Assembly: GCF_032191835.1 (NCBI RefSeq)
Contig: NC_083233.1
Location: 60,760,001 to 60,824,000 of the forward strand
Length of the DNA stretch: 64,000 nt
Direction of reading: 5' to 3'
Source of the DNA: Heteronotia binoei
Lineage: Eukaryota
The translations under genes and the position numbers were made by a program. Within the stretch, counting starts at the first letter, position 1. Every line of letters starts with the position of its first letter. Shown here one piece after another: positions 1 through 11,508 of the stretch. The notes under the pieces are model-generated. The model saw nothing but the letters and a program-made list of their open reading frames with translations. It had not been told where the DNA came from and ran no database searches.

Positions 1-1259
1 ACATGGGGGAAGAATTCAAACCATATAAAACCAGGAGGGAGGAACTAGCAGCCCACAAAGGGTGCCTATTATGGGGAAGCAGGGTGGTGGTCCCGCCCCC
101 GCTACAAAAGCGCGTTCTGGAGTCTCTACATGAGACCCACCCCGGCATAGTCAGAATGAAGGCCTTAGCCAGGAGCTACGTCTGGTGGCCGGGGATGGAT
201 GCGGAGATCAAGAACTAGGTCCGGAGGTGCCAGGAGTGTCAGGAGTCATGCCCCAAACCTCCCAGTGCCCCCGCCACATGGTGGGAGTCCACCAGGAAGC
301 CGTGGTCGAGACTCCACCTCGACTTCGCGGGGCCATTCCAGGGGCAGACCTTCCTGATAATGGTGGACGCCTACACCAAATGGCTGGAGGTCTTTCCCGT
401 AGCGTCCACATCTTCCGCCTCCGCAATCTGAGCACTGCGCAGGGCATTATGCACCCACGGCATCCCAGACACCATTGTCTCGGACAACGGAGCGGCCTTC
501 ACCTCTGGAGAATTCCAGGCATTCCTCCAGAGGTACCTGATCAAACACATAAGGTCCGCCCCGTTCCATCCGGCCACCAACAGACAGGCAGAGCGCATGG
601 TGCGCACTACAAAAGAAGCCCTTAGCCGAATCATATAGGGGGATTGGGAACACCGACTAGCGGCCTTCCTGTTCGACAACCGAGTGATTCCCAACCCTGT
701 CACGGGGGTAAGCCCGGCTGAACTCCTCATGGGGCGGAAGCTCATAACCAGACTTGACAGGCTACACCCCGACAGGGCTTCAGACATTCATGGGAACCCC
801 GAGGTCCGGGACGCGACCAGGGGTTTCTTTGCGGGAGACCTGGTATACGCCCGGAACTATGCTAGGGGCCCCAAATGGGTGGCGGGCCGAGTGCTGCGGG
901 TAACAGGGTCCCGCCACTATGATGTATCTACCGAGGGGGGCCAGGTCGTACGGCGGCACATAGACCAGCTACGCCGCCACACGCTTCCGGAAGAGCCGGC
1001 GGACACAGATGAAGCAAGACCTGGGGAAGAGCCAACCAGGGGCCGTCCAGAGGACGCGGCCCCAACGCCCAGTCTACCGACGCATGAAGCGCCCGGGCCG
1101 GCGGAGCTCGAAAGACCCGCTGAGCCAGACCAGCCGCCTCCGGCCGCACCACTGCCCACAGACGTGCCAGCAGCAGAAGCCGCGCCTCCCCAGGACAACT
1201 TAAGGCGGTCAACCAGGGAGCGCCGACCTCCCGCATACCTCAGGGACTATGTACAATAA
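1..1259 (+). mobile_element. Ty3/Gypsy LTR retrotransposon pol 3' part (RNase H end and integrase), inactivated by premature stops; runs off the 5' edge
   Basis: One continuous frame gives HETHPG...C-x2-C (HHCC zinc finger), LHLDFAGPF, IVSDNG and QAERMVRT (D,D35E), then SPAELLMGR, with three in-frame stops (the first is TAG 216-218). Ends with a Pro-rich tail and TAA at 1257-1259. Confidence 0.93.
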
Positions 1260-1274
1260 CCAGGGGGGGAGGGG

Positions 1275-1577
1275 TGTAGTGTATCGTCATAACGATACAT
1301 CGGAACAACGCAATAGCACACAACCAAGCTATACGCGCCCATGCGCAGAGGCGACTGGGCTGTCCCAGGCGCCCAGCACAGGGCGCGGAAGCCCCTGCCA
1401 ATCACCAGCTGTGGCGGGAAGTTTAACAGGTCAGGATTGGGCTGACCTGTCCAGAAGGCTGGACCGGGGATTGTACATAAACGGGACCCGGCCCGCGTGT
1501 TCGCTCTCTTGTAACGTGCCTCCATTAAAGCATGTTGCCCTACCAACGTCTCCTGTCTTAGTACGTTACACTTTACA
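1275..1577 (+). mobile_element. 3' LTR of the Gypsy element
   Basis: Polypurine tract AGGGGGGGAGGGG (1262-1274) directly before TGTAGTG; ends ...CACTTTACA; ATTAAA at 1524-1529. Confidence 0.8.
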
Positions 1578-1705
1578 ACTGGATTTTGCTGTGTGAACTT
1601 GTTGGAAACAAGTTGGCAAGTGCAATGAAAGTGGATTGAATGTGCATTATTTGGTGTGTGTGATCGCAGCCAGGGTGTTGGACAGGATGGGCCATTGGCC
1701 TGATC

Positions 1706-1865
1706 NNNNNNNNNNNNNNNNNNNNNNNNNNNNNNNNNNNNNNNNNNNNNNNNNNNNNNNNNNNNNNNNNNNNNNNNNNNNNNNNNNNNNNNNNNNNNNN
1801 NNNNNNNNNNNNNNNNNNNNNNNNNNNNNNNNNNNNNNNNNNNNNNNNNNNNNNNNNNNNNNNNN
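1706..1865. other. Assembly gap (160 N)
   Basis: Run of N. Confidence 1.
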
Positions 1866-2836
1866 AGTATTACTGTTATTTACAGTGTTTATTAATGAAA
1901 TAAATTCTTGGAGCACTTTGCATATTTAAATACTATGTATTCATGTATCTTCAGAGCACTTTGCATATTTAAATACTATGTATTCATGTATCTTCACTGG
2001 ATAACAAGAGAGAATATGACAGCTGCAAGGGATGAAATCTACATTTGCTTTCAAAATGTCCCTTCAGTGATGATGGAAACAGGCTGTTCTTGCTTGATAG
2101 GCAATATTTATTTTTATTTCTGGTTGGGAGAAGCTCAGAAGATTTCCACAGAGCCAAGTGAAAAATGACTTCCTTGATGCAGCTTGCAGTTGTTTTTTTT
2201 TCAGACAGAAAAGAGTACATGACAGGTATTTGTAGTGCAAATAAATATTTTGGTCAATCACTGAGGGAATGAAATGTTCCTCAATGCATTTCTGGCTATT
2301 GTTTTCCAGTGAAATAGTTTTATATTTAGCATTGGATCCCTGCCTACACATTGTAATCCAGTCCTTCCCACAAAGAATTCAAGGCAGCGTACATAGTCTC
2401 TCCCTCGAATTTATCCTCACAAGAAGCCTGGGATGGAGTTTAGGCTGAGACACTGTGACTGGCCAAGGTCTTGAACTGACCAACACTTTGAACTCTGGGC
2501 TCTCAGGTTTTGGTCCCTGTAACCACTGCACCACACTGGTCATCTCATGATTTCGTAGTCCACCAGAGCAAATATTTAACCATTTATATACAAATGTAAG
2601 GGAAATTATGCTTAAGGCCTTTGGCATGATCCAACTTAGGTTAATACCTAACTAAGGGTTATGACTACCTTTATCAACAACAAATGGTTGACAGCCTAGT
2701 CAGTGGAATTTTTTTTGTATGTGGAGCTAGTTTGTTAGCCAAATTGCCCTCAAAAGAGGCTTGGGGAATTAGTTAGTGGGCAATCAGGCTTTAGCGAGAT
2801 TAAGGATCTATGTATACAGAAGATATCTCCCAGAGA

Positions 2837-3189
2837 TGTCACCCAATAACGAGGAGATGTTGGCTATAATCAATGGTTTTTATTGTAAAATACAAGGGTA
2901 TAAAATCATTCAATCACACATACAGGCCTAGGAAAACAGCATGGAAAAATACAGGAGTTACACAAGGGATTGACAAACAAGTCAATTTACTGGTCGTAGT
3001 CTTCAACGAAAGCTCCAATGGCGACATAAAGGGAATGGGGGAAAGGATCCTAAAAATTATCAGGTTTTGGGGGCGTATCTAGACAGCAAGGTGGGGGTAC
3101 TGCTAGATGCACACCTTGGGACCATGGGTTGGTGGTTTTAAGGACTACTTTGAGCCCTTAGGGAAAGAGAGGTCCAAGGACCTGTGACA
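2837..3189 (-). mobile_element. LTR-like segment
   Basis: Termini TGTCAC...GTGACA are an inverted pair; AATAAA on the minus strand near the left end; no TSD or PPT found. Confidence 0.4.
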
Positions 3190-3956
3190 CGGGGTCAGGT
3201 GGGACATGATGCTGGGACATGTGGTACATGACCTCAGAAAAGGGGAGGCTCCAGTGTAACTATTGGACAGAATTTGGGATGAGGGGATTAACACAAGCTA
3301 CACAAATGTATCTAAAGTGACAATAGAGAGCTGAATTGATATCTAAGGTGGCACCCCATTTACACAATAGCTGTGGCTCAGCATTAAGTCTGGACTTCCT
3401 CTTCTGGATGACATCGTCTTTTGTTGAACATTCCATTGACAAAAACTTGGGCTGTCGGGCAGGATACACACCCAAGATAAGCTTGATGGCCTTATGCAGA
3501 TGTTTGAGGCAACTCCTGGATACGTGGGCTTCCCGCTTCTCCCTAATGGCATCTGGAAGGGCATGAAGATGATCGCTGGTGGTGTTAGCCTTAGAAATGG
3601 CTTCCATTGCAAGAGAGTTGAAAACCACTTGACTGGACAGCTCATGGCAGCACAATTTCTTCTACTGCAACAACCGAGATGATGCATGCAACAGGGAGAT
3701 TGGGAGGCTGTTTAACTCTAGTTAGCCCTCATATGAAGCAGGGCAACTATAGAGGTGAGGCAAACAACATTCATAAAAGTCTGTAGTAAAATGGCAGTCC
3801 AAAACCTAAGTTTCAGTGCAGATGTGTGCGAGTCAGAACTCCAGGCTTCTGGCAACCAAGCCAGTGATCACAATGTCTACATATAACAAAACTAGGAGGT
3901 TTTGGTACACAAGTTCTCTGTGACTAAGAAAGTTCAGGTTGTTGCCTCAGCTCTTT

Positions 3957-4170
3957 TGAACGTAAGAACGTAAGAGAAGTCATGTTGGATCAGGCCAATG
4001 GCCCATCCAGTCCAACACTCTGTGTCACACAGTGGCCAAAAAACTAAGTACCATCAGGAGGTCCACCAGTGGGGCTAGAAGCCCCCCCACTGTGCCTCCC
4101 CCAAGCACCAAGAATACAGAGCATCACTGCCCCAGACTGAGAGTTCCAACAATAGGCTGTGGCTAATACC
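3957..4170 (-). mobile_element. CR1 LINE 3' fragment
   Basis: TAAGAAC tail repeat, then sequence matching the 3' UTR of the CR1 at 43538-44045. Confidence 0.75.
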
Positions 4171-7100
4171 TTTTGGATTTGCTTAGGTTACTCGCAGATC
4201 ACTAAGTGTCTCTAGAGAATTCTTCATTCTACCTACCTCAACATAATATTGTGACATTCCTTTTCTGCAATGGCTAAGGGAAGGTAAGAAAATATCACAT
4301 GGTAAAATGTCCTGTGTTTTCACCAATCAGTGATGAGAATTTGCTGTACTTTAATTTCCAAACCCTCCTGAAGTATGAGGCTGATCACAGCAATCCACCT
4401 CATTCACACACCTGTTTTGATTTTCAGATTAAAAACCTCCATTTTGAACAGGGCAGGTACATAGTCTATCTTGACAGTCAGGCAAAGTGGATATTTAAAT
4501 GCAGAAAGGGGATTTGTTAGGAAGTGTCATTCTTACACACCTGGACTTCAAAAATAGTTATTTCCTCTGCGCTTGTAGTTTTTGTCCCCAAGGGAAACTG
4601 TTTATCTGAAAAGATGTTCAACTTACTCAGGCTGAAAAAAGTTTTAAAAATGTTTCATCAAATTGTAGTTATCAAAAGGACCTATTTACAGTTCTTGTTA
4701 CATGATAGGCAGTCCTGACACGCACATGATGTTGTTCACCATGGCCAGGAGGTAGCACTGTTGCCTAACGTTCACTTTTTTTTAACACAATTTTCTGTTG
4801 TGATTTTATTTTTCAGCACGTGGAGGTGGGGAAGGGTGACAAGAAGACCAAAGAAGAACTCCAGGGGTCCTGCAGCAGGCAGGCAATGAGTGAAAGTTAA
4901 TATAAGGGGGAGAAATGGGTGGGAGAAACTGCAGGTGGCTTGTTTTCTGTGTCAGCAGTTGACTTGATCTGAAAGCAGAGGAAGACCTTTATATACAGAC
5001 AAGAGCAAGGAAACGGTGCCCCAAGCAAAGGGGAGTGATTTGTGAGGGCTTTCCATTCCTTTTGCATGGACGTGTCCACCTGCCCACTTGCTTGTATATG
5101 GACATGCCTGCGAGGGTTGGCAACTCTGGCTTAGGAGATTCCTGGAGATTGGTGTGTGTGCGTCTGGGGATATTCTGCTGGGATGTGATGCCGGAAGAGT
5201 CTGCTTTCCAAAGCTGTCATTTCCTCCAGGGGAGAATGTCAGGCCCTGCTTTGAGATTGATAATGCTAACACCAATGTGTGTTCTCTCTCTCCTGAGACC
5301 CACAGGAATCTCAGACCGGTTTTCTCTCTCTCTCTCTCATGCACATTCCACCCCTTTGGTTTGGGACAGCAATCCATTTTGAGCATTCCTGAAACAATTC
5401 AGGGGCTTAAATACTGTGCTGGATTCCCTGCTCCCCATCATGACCACAGACCCGGGGTGGGTGGGAGTGGTGGTAGATGCAGAATCTGAGTATTGTTACT
5501 GCAGCTGTCTTGGCTGCTCTTTCAAACTCTGTCTTACAGGCTCAACACAGGGATATGGACACTGACATTAACCGTTAAGATCACTTCAGCTGAGTATGAG
5601 AAAATGATTTATTTGTAGCCACCAATGGGCCATACAGTGATAGGCCAATATATCTTTAATTATATCTTTTTGAACTGATAGATTTGAAGGACAGCTGTTA
5701 TTGCTGTCAAGTTAAGATTTGGGGAGGTGCTATAACTTAGTCATAGGGAACATGGTGCAGAAAATCTTGACTTCAAGTCTGCCACTTGTATTTATGCATT
5801 AACTTCATTTATACTCTGCTTATACTCCCATGGGAACCCAAAGCAGCTCATATCCTTCTCCTCTCCATTTTATCTTCACAATAACCCTGTGAGGTGGGTT
5901 AGGTTGATGGTGTGTGACTGGCTGTAGGTCATCCAGTGAACTTCCACAGCAGAGTGGAGATTCAAAGCTGGGTATCTCAGATCCTATTGTGGCCATCTAG
6001 CCACTACAGCATAGTGACTTGCAGGACTTAATGAGTCTTGAGAGCTTCTGCAAAAGAAACTGGAGAGCAGTGTTTCCTCTAGGCTGAGTTAGTGTGAGCT
6101 AGCTCACAGTTTTTTAGCTTCCTGTTCACACATTTTTGTCTTTGCTCAGGAAAAGTGGCCCCAGAGCAAACCAATTTATGCAGTAGCTCACAACTTTAAT
6201 GGCAGTAGCTCACAAAGTAGAATTTTTGCTCACAAGACTCCACAGCTTAGAGGGAGTATTATGGAGCTCTAATGACATTTGGGCTTGAACTAAATGCCCT
6301 GAGGGCCTGAAGGCAGCTTTATGTGTACCTAGAAATGCCACCCTCCCCCTTCTCAATCCAGAGCTATGAGTTTCTTTCCCCTTGTGTTTGAGACTGAATC
6401 ATTTCATGGGAAGTGATTTTATCTGAAGCCAACGTTGTCCCATCTCCCTACCATGGCCCAGGTTCTTCCTGTCATCCTTATCCTGTTCACTTTGATGTTC
6501 CTTTCCAGGGGATTAGTAAATGGATGGATTACTCTTTAGATTGGCTCTTGCTTAAACAAGCATATCTCCCCCCTCAGTTGTTTGCAGTCTTTAATATATA
6601 TTCACCAGCTTTATTGATGCTGACCTTGTGCAAATTTTGTTAGCCTCTAAAGTGCCATTGGACTCCTGCTTTGCCACTACAGACTAACACAGCTACCCTT
6701 CTGGAATTTCCCTCCACTGTCACTAGTGTTACATTCACAATCCTAAATAGCAGGTCTTGTGAGATGAGAGGCCTTCTCATGGATCCTCTTTTGAGCCAGT
6801 TCTTGTGGTTGCACATCACTAAGAATACACATTTTATTTTGTTATATCAGCAGTTAGATGGTCTCAGCATCATCACAGCCTGGTATTTCCCCCTTTGTTT
6901 TCCTCTAGGATGAATAGGAAGAGGATGGTACCAACTTGGTTCCCTCTGCAGAATCAGAGGTAGGCATGATATAGCACAGGGATTGTGTGGCTCTTGAAAC
7001 CCCTACTACTTTGTCAGTCGGCTTGGAGAAAGCATTTGTCCCTTTAAGTCACTTCTCCAAGCCAAACCAGCTGGGGACTTGGAGAATGTATCTAAAGTTA

Positions 7101-7387
7101 AAGTTGTTCTCTTTCCACCTCTCCCTCCCCATCTATTACTTTCTTTCCACCTTTCCTTCCTTTCTTGCGGCTGTCAAATGTCTGACATTCATGTCTTGCA
7201 GCTCTCAAACATCTGTGGCTCTTATGTTAAGCAAGTTTGGCCACCCCTGATATAGCACCTCAGTTGCCAGTAAGTGGCTCTTATGTCTCACCATTACCAT
7301 GTATTTTCTTTTGTAAACTTCTGTAATGCTGCTGCACTGCATTTAGAGGAACAAAGTGAATAGAAGGATCATTGAAGGACTCAGGAT

Positions 7388-7581
7388 CAGTGTTCCCTCT
7401 AAGCTGAGTTAGGTGAGCTAGCTCACAGTTATTTTAGCCTCTGGCTCACACATTTTTGTGTTAGCTCCGGAAAAATGGCCCCAGAGCACACTAATTTATG
7501 CAGTAGCTCACAACTTTAATGCCAGTAGCTCACAAAGCAGAATTTTTGCTCACAAGACACCACAGCTTAGACGGAGTATTG
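7388..7581 (+). mobile_element. hAT-type MITE (CAGTGTTCCCTCTAAGCTG family); further copies about 6068-6261, 16130-16250, 31406-31575, 49368-49559, 51885-52068
   Basis: Recurrent ~190-bp unit with terminal inverted repeats; the 49368-49559 copy has a near-perfect 8-bp TSD (CTCACAAC/CCCACAAC). Confidence 0.8.
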
Positions 7582-8765
7582 CTTGGGATGCTGCTGAATT
7601 TCTTAGGTTTGCCTGGTTCAGATCAAATATGACTGTTTCAGTTTCATTTTTCCTTTTGGTGACTCACTCCGCCCCCCTCTGAGACCCAGGCAGTCGTAGT
7701 CCAGGTTGGGGCCTCCATATCATTGCTACCTCACTTCTGCTCTCCCCTCAATGACAGGACCACAGGAAAAAATGAGAGAATCTTTGAGTGCAAGATGTCA
7801 TCATCTTGGGCTTTCCTTCCTCCTCCTTACACTTCTAAAATGAGAAGTTCAGTGGCTGAATCATAGATCTGAAACCCTGATCTTTATGCAAGGTGCTTTG
7901 GATTATATGTGCTAGCTGAATAGTTTGGGGGGAAAAGCTCTGCAAATGTTCGATACCTACTCTTCTGCTTTAAGAGTTTTGTGCACTCTTGGACTGAACC
8001 CCGGAGGACTGAAAATAGGTTCTGGGGCTTAGCCGTGGACTGAACCATTTTAAATACTGCTCTGGTCTCCACCTTGAATCTGGGAGTTTGTCATTGAGGC
8101 TGACCTTGTTGACCCATGAGACCTTGAGATCAGTGACATGGTGCTTTGACAAACAGGATCCATCTGCTTTTCCTCATGTTGTCCTACTGCCCCTCCTGGA
8201 CCTTAAGAAGAAGTTAAAGCATGTCAAGGCCAGTGAAAGGGCTACAGTGAACAGTTATAATGATTGGAGTGTTGGGCTAGAATTGGGGAGACCCAACCTC
8301 TAGGTAGGGTCTGGAGATCTATCAGAATTACAACCAATCTCTAGACACCAGAGATCACTTCTCTTGGAGAAAATAGCTGCTCCAGACGGTGGGTTCTATG
8401 CCATTATGCCACACTGAGGTTCGTTTCCTCCCCAGATCGTGGCTTCCACAGGCTGTGAAGAATGTGGTCATTGTTAGAGATTGTGGAGGAGAAGCCGATA
8501 GAAACGGTTCCAAGAAATTCCTCCATAAAGGATCTTGAGTTGCTGGGCTAGAAAATAATTCTGCTCAAGACCCTGGACGGGCACCCTTGGTGGAGCGGAT
8601 TATCTTAACTCTGCATAGCAGCTTTGTATTGGTTAATTGGAAAGTTCTCTGCAAAAAACAGCTCGGGGATACATGTGTGAGATCAAATTATTGAGAGGGA
8701 AGCTCTTGTTTTTATCTCATAAGTGGGGAAAGATTTTTAAACCACACCCAATGAACAGGAAGCAT

Positions 8766-8773
8766 GTTTGCAT
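8766..8773 (+). promoter_or_regulatory. Variant octamer (GTTTGCAT) of the V-A promoter
   Basis: One mismatch to ATTTGCAT, ~100 bp upstream of the leader ATG. Confidence 0.6.
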
Positions 8774-8871
8774 ATATCTGCATCTTCTCCCCTTGGGAGG
8801 CTTAAAAGTCAAGGGGAAGAGGAGCCCCTTCAGAGAAGTGTTTACTTCAGGAAGCCAACTTTCTCCTTAAC

Positions 8872-9396
8872 ATGGCCCAGATTTCTCTTCTCCTCATCCT
8901 TGTCACTTCCTGCACTGGTAGTGGAGAACATTTTATACAAAACTTTTATCCCTTTTTTCCTCCTAGTGATAAAGTTTTTATTTGACAATGCTTCTCACCC
9001 TTATACTTCCTTTGCTTTCCCCCACCTTGTGAGATTTCAGCTTTCATGACAAGAGCCTGTCTGTTTTTTGGACTTTCTTCTAGGTGCACTTTCCCAGTTC
9101 ATATTGGCTCAGCCACCTTCCTCATTGGTATCCCCTGGAGAAACAGTGAAGATCCCCTGTACCAGGAGCAGTGGTGGTATCAGAGACAGCTACATATCCT
9201 GGTACCAACAGAAACCTGGCACTGCTCCCAAACTACTGATATATCGATTCAGCAACAGATACACGGGAATCCCAGACCGGTTCTCTGGCTCTACGGACAC
9301 TTCTGCCAATTCTGCCACTTTAACCATCTCCAATGTTCAAGCAGAGGATGAGGCTGATTATTACTGTTTATCTTATGTTGGTGGTGGTAGTCAATG
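8872..9396 (+). CDS. IGLV: Ig lambda V segment A (IGLV6/8-like), open; leader 8872-8917, V exon 9084-9396
   Basis: Leader [15 protein letters not shown]|G with GT/AG intron; QFILAQPPS...IPC...WYQQKPG...EDEADYYC with Cys23, Trp41 and Cys104 intact. Confidence 0.95.
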
Positions 9397-9436
9397 CACA
9401 GTGGTACAACCTCATGGGGGAAGTGAGACAAAAACC
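9397..9436 (+). other. RSS of V-A, 24-nt spacer
   Basis: CACAGTG 9397-9403, spacer 9404-9427, ACAAAAACC 9428-9436. Confidence 0.93.
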
Positions 9437-10414
9437 TCCTTTAGCAATTGGCTGTGGGTCACAGTTGGTTGAGTTAAAAGTTGGGGTTATACAATAGCTC
9501 TGTAAAATTCCTTTCAACAACGCTTTTATTATAACCACAATCCTAAGTAAGTGATCTTCAAAAAACAGTTTCACTTCCATGTTTAACTTTTCTATTTAGC
9601 TGTTTCTGTACAATTCTGACATATTTATTTGCTTCATCATCCCCCCTGGAATTACATCCAAACAATAGTGACCTTCTAAATTTAGTTTGTTATTTCTCTT
9701 TGCATCTGTCACAACATCTTCATTAGATTGTATGCTAGTTTGCTGTTCAACCTCTGCCTCATATGTATGGACTGGTAAATTCCATTTCACTGTTATCTGA
9801 GGAAGTGTGCACATGAAAGCTCATACCTTGAATAAATCTTTATTGGTCTTAAAGGTGCCCCCTAGACTCGAACTTTGCTATCCAGCAAAGGGAATTTGGA
9901 GAGGAGAAAAAGGGACCAAGTTCAGTCTGATGTGGACCACCAGTGGCCAGTAGGTGTTATTCATTAATGTCATATATTTGACTTTTTAGCAAAGACAGGC
10001 AAAATGTGCTGCTTTGAAGACATCTCAGCAACTTTACTTTGCATTTGGTTTGGAGGCATAGGATGGAGTTCTGCTACTGACTAGTGCTGGGGGCAAACTT
10101 TGGAAATGGGGATAGAGGGGAAGAATATAAACTGCCTGGGTTTGGAAATCCATTCCCACCCCCACCCCCCCTCCACAAATACAAGCCATGCACAAATTTA
10201 TCTGGGAATTCTCACTGTTGCCACGAGCCAGCCCTCTCTGGTTATTCCTGCTGTCCTTCCAAACAATCTTGGAGAGCAGACATTGTGGCTTTGATTGTTC
10301 TAGATGGGACTGTTTAATCTTTACACCATTTAGAAGGGACTGTTTAATCTTCACACCATATAGCTATCTGCTTTTTGCTACCATCAAGTAAGGTTCACAG
10401 TGAGTTGGTGTGGT

Positions 10415-10600
10415 CAGGGCTTTTTTTTGTAGAAAAAGCCCAGCGGGAACTCATTTGCATATTAAGCCACACACCCCTGATGTCACCATTTTTTCCCATA
10501 GGGCTTTTTAAATAGAAAAAGTCCAACAGTAACTCATTTGCATATTAGGCCAAGCCAGTTGGAACTGTGTTCCTGTGCATTCCTGCTCAAAAAAGGCCTG
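10415..10600 (+). mobile_element. hAT-type MITE (CAGGGCTTTTTT family) carrying ATTTGCAT octamers; further copies about 17065-17170, 38860-39057, 39106-39223, 40127-40230, 42376-42560, 54765-54900, 56003-56220, 62870-63030
   Basis: TIR CAGGGCTTTTT/AAAAAGCCCTG; perfect 8-bp TSD GTAGTACA around 39106-39223; octamers at 10453-10460 and 10536-10543. Confidence 0.85.
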
Positions 10601-10870
10601 AGTGTAGTAATTGGAGAATCAGACTAGGATTGGGGAGAACTGGGTTCAAATCCCCACACCCATCAAGGTCAATATGGAAATTTGTATATGTGGGTGGGGG
10701 TTCAATATGGGTTTGAAAATACTGGTTTAAGACACTGTGTTTTAGCAGTTTTTTAAAAATAAAAATTAGGAATGGGGTATAAATGAATTAAATATATATT
10801 TTAAAAATCCTCAGGCTAACCTACCTCACAGGGTTGTTGTGAGGATAAAATGGAGAGGAGAATGATGTCA

Positions 10871-11160
10871 GCCTTTCAGGATCCAGAAGCACCCTCTCAT
10901 AAGGAGAGGCCACCTACTGAAGACAGAAGATGGCAAGGTCAGTAACTTTGCCTTTCAGGATCCAGAAGTACCCTCTCATAATGAGAGGTCATGTGTTGAA
11001 GAGAGAAGATGGCGTGGTGAGTAATTTTGCCTTTCAGGATCTAGAAGCACCCTCAGATAAGGAAAGGCTACTTGTTGAAAACAGAAGGCAATGAGGTGAA
11101 CAGCTTTGCCTTTCAGGATCCAGAAGCCACCACTCATAAGAAGAGATCACCTACCGAAAA
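10871..11160 (+). repeat. 79-bp tandem repeat, ~3.7 diverged copies
   Basis: GCCTTTCAGGAT recurs at 10871, 10950, 11029 and 11108. Confidence 0.95.
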
Positions 11161-11508
11161 GACATCTTCAAGTACATGAAGGGCTGTCATATAGAGGATG
11201 CTGCAGAATTGTTTTCTGTGGTCACAGAAGGTAGGACCAGAGCCAATAGGTTGAAATCAAATCAGAAGAGTTTCCGGCTCAACATTAGGAAGAACTTCCT
11301 GACAGAGTGGTTCCTCAGTGGAATGGGCTTCCTTGGGAGGTGGTAAGCTCTCCTTCCTTGGAGGTGTTTAAACAGAAGCTAGATGGCCATCTGACAGCAA
11401 TGCTGATAATGAGAATTTAGGGGGAGGTGTTTGTGAATTTCCTGCATTGTGCAGGGGGTTGGACTAGATGACCCTGGAGGTCCCTTTCAGCTCTGTGATT
11501 CTATGATT
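11160..11508 (+). mobile_element. CR1 LINE 3' fragment
   Basis: Decayed CR1 ORF2 C-terminus (FKYMKG...GRTR...RLNIRKNF), then 3' UTR ending in GATTCTATGATT. Confidence 0.9.

Noticed and set aside
185-1596. Alternative-frame and antisense ORFs over the Gypsy element and its LTR
   Set aside because: By-products of GC-rich retrotransposon sequence; the true frame is the stop-interrupted integrase.
1911-1996. Exact 43-bp tandem duplication containing CTTTGCAT
   Set aside because: It lies next to the N gap, so it is probably an assembly artefact, and no leader or V exon follows.
4428-4910. Short exon-like pieces with AG/GT borders (4428-4456, 4713-4751, 4817 onward)
   Set aside because: The joined translation resembles no protein I recognise; splice-like motifs alone are insufficient.
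5035-5620. Overlapping 115-144 aa ORFs and a faint FR3-like TLTLTVKITSAEYE stretch
   Set aside because: No Cys/Trp framework, leader or RSS; part of it lies in a MITE.
7680-7850. Weak FR1-like and leader-like fragments
   Set aside because: Wrong order, frameshifted, and no WYQ, YYC or RSS.
10871-11160. CRISPR-like periodicity
   Set aside because: Eukaryotic DNA, and the intervening sequences are homologous to each other rather than unique spacers.
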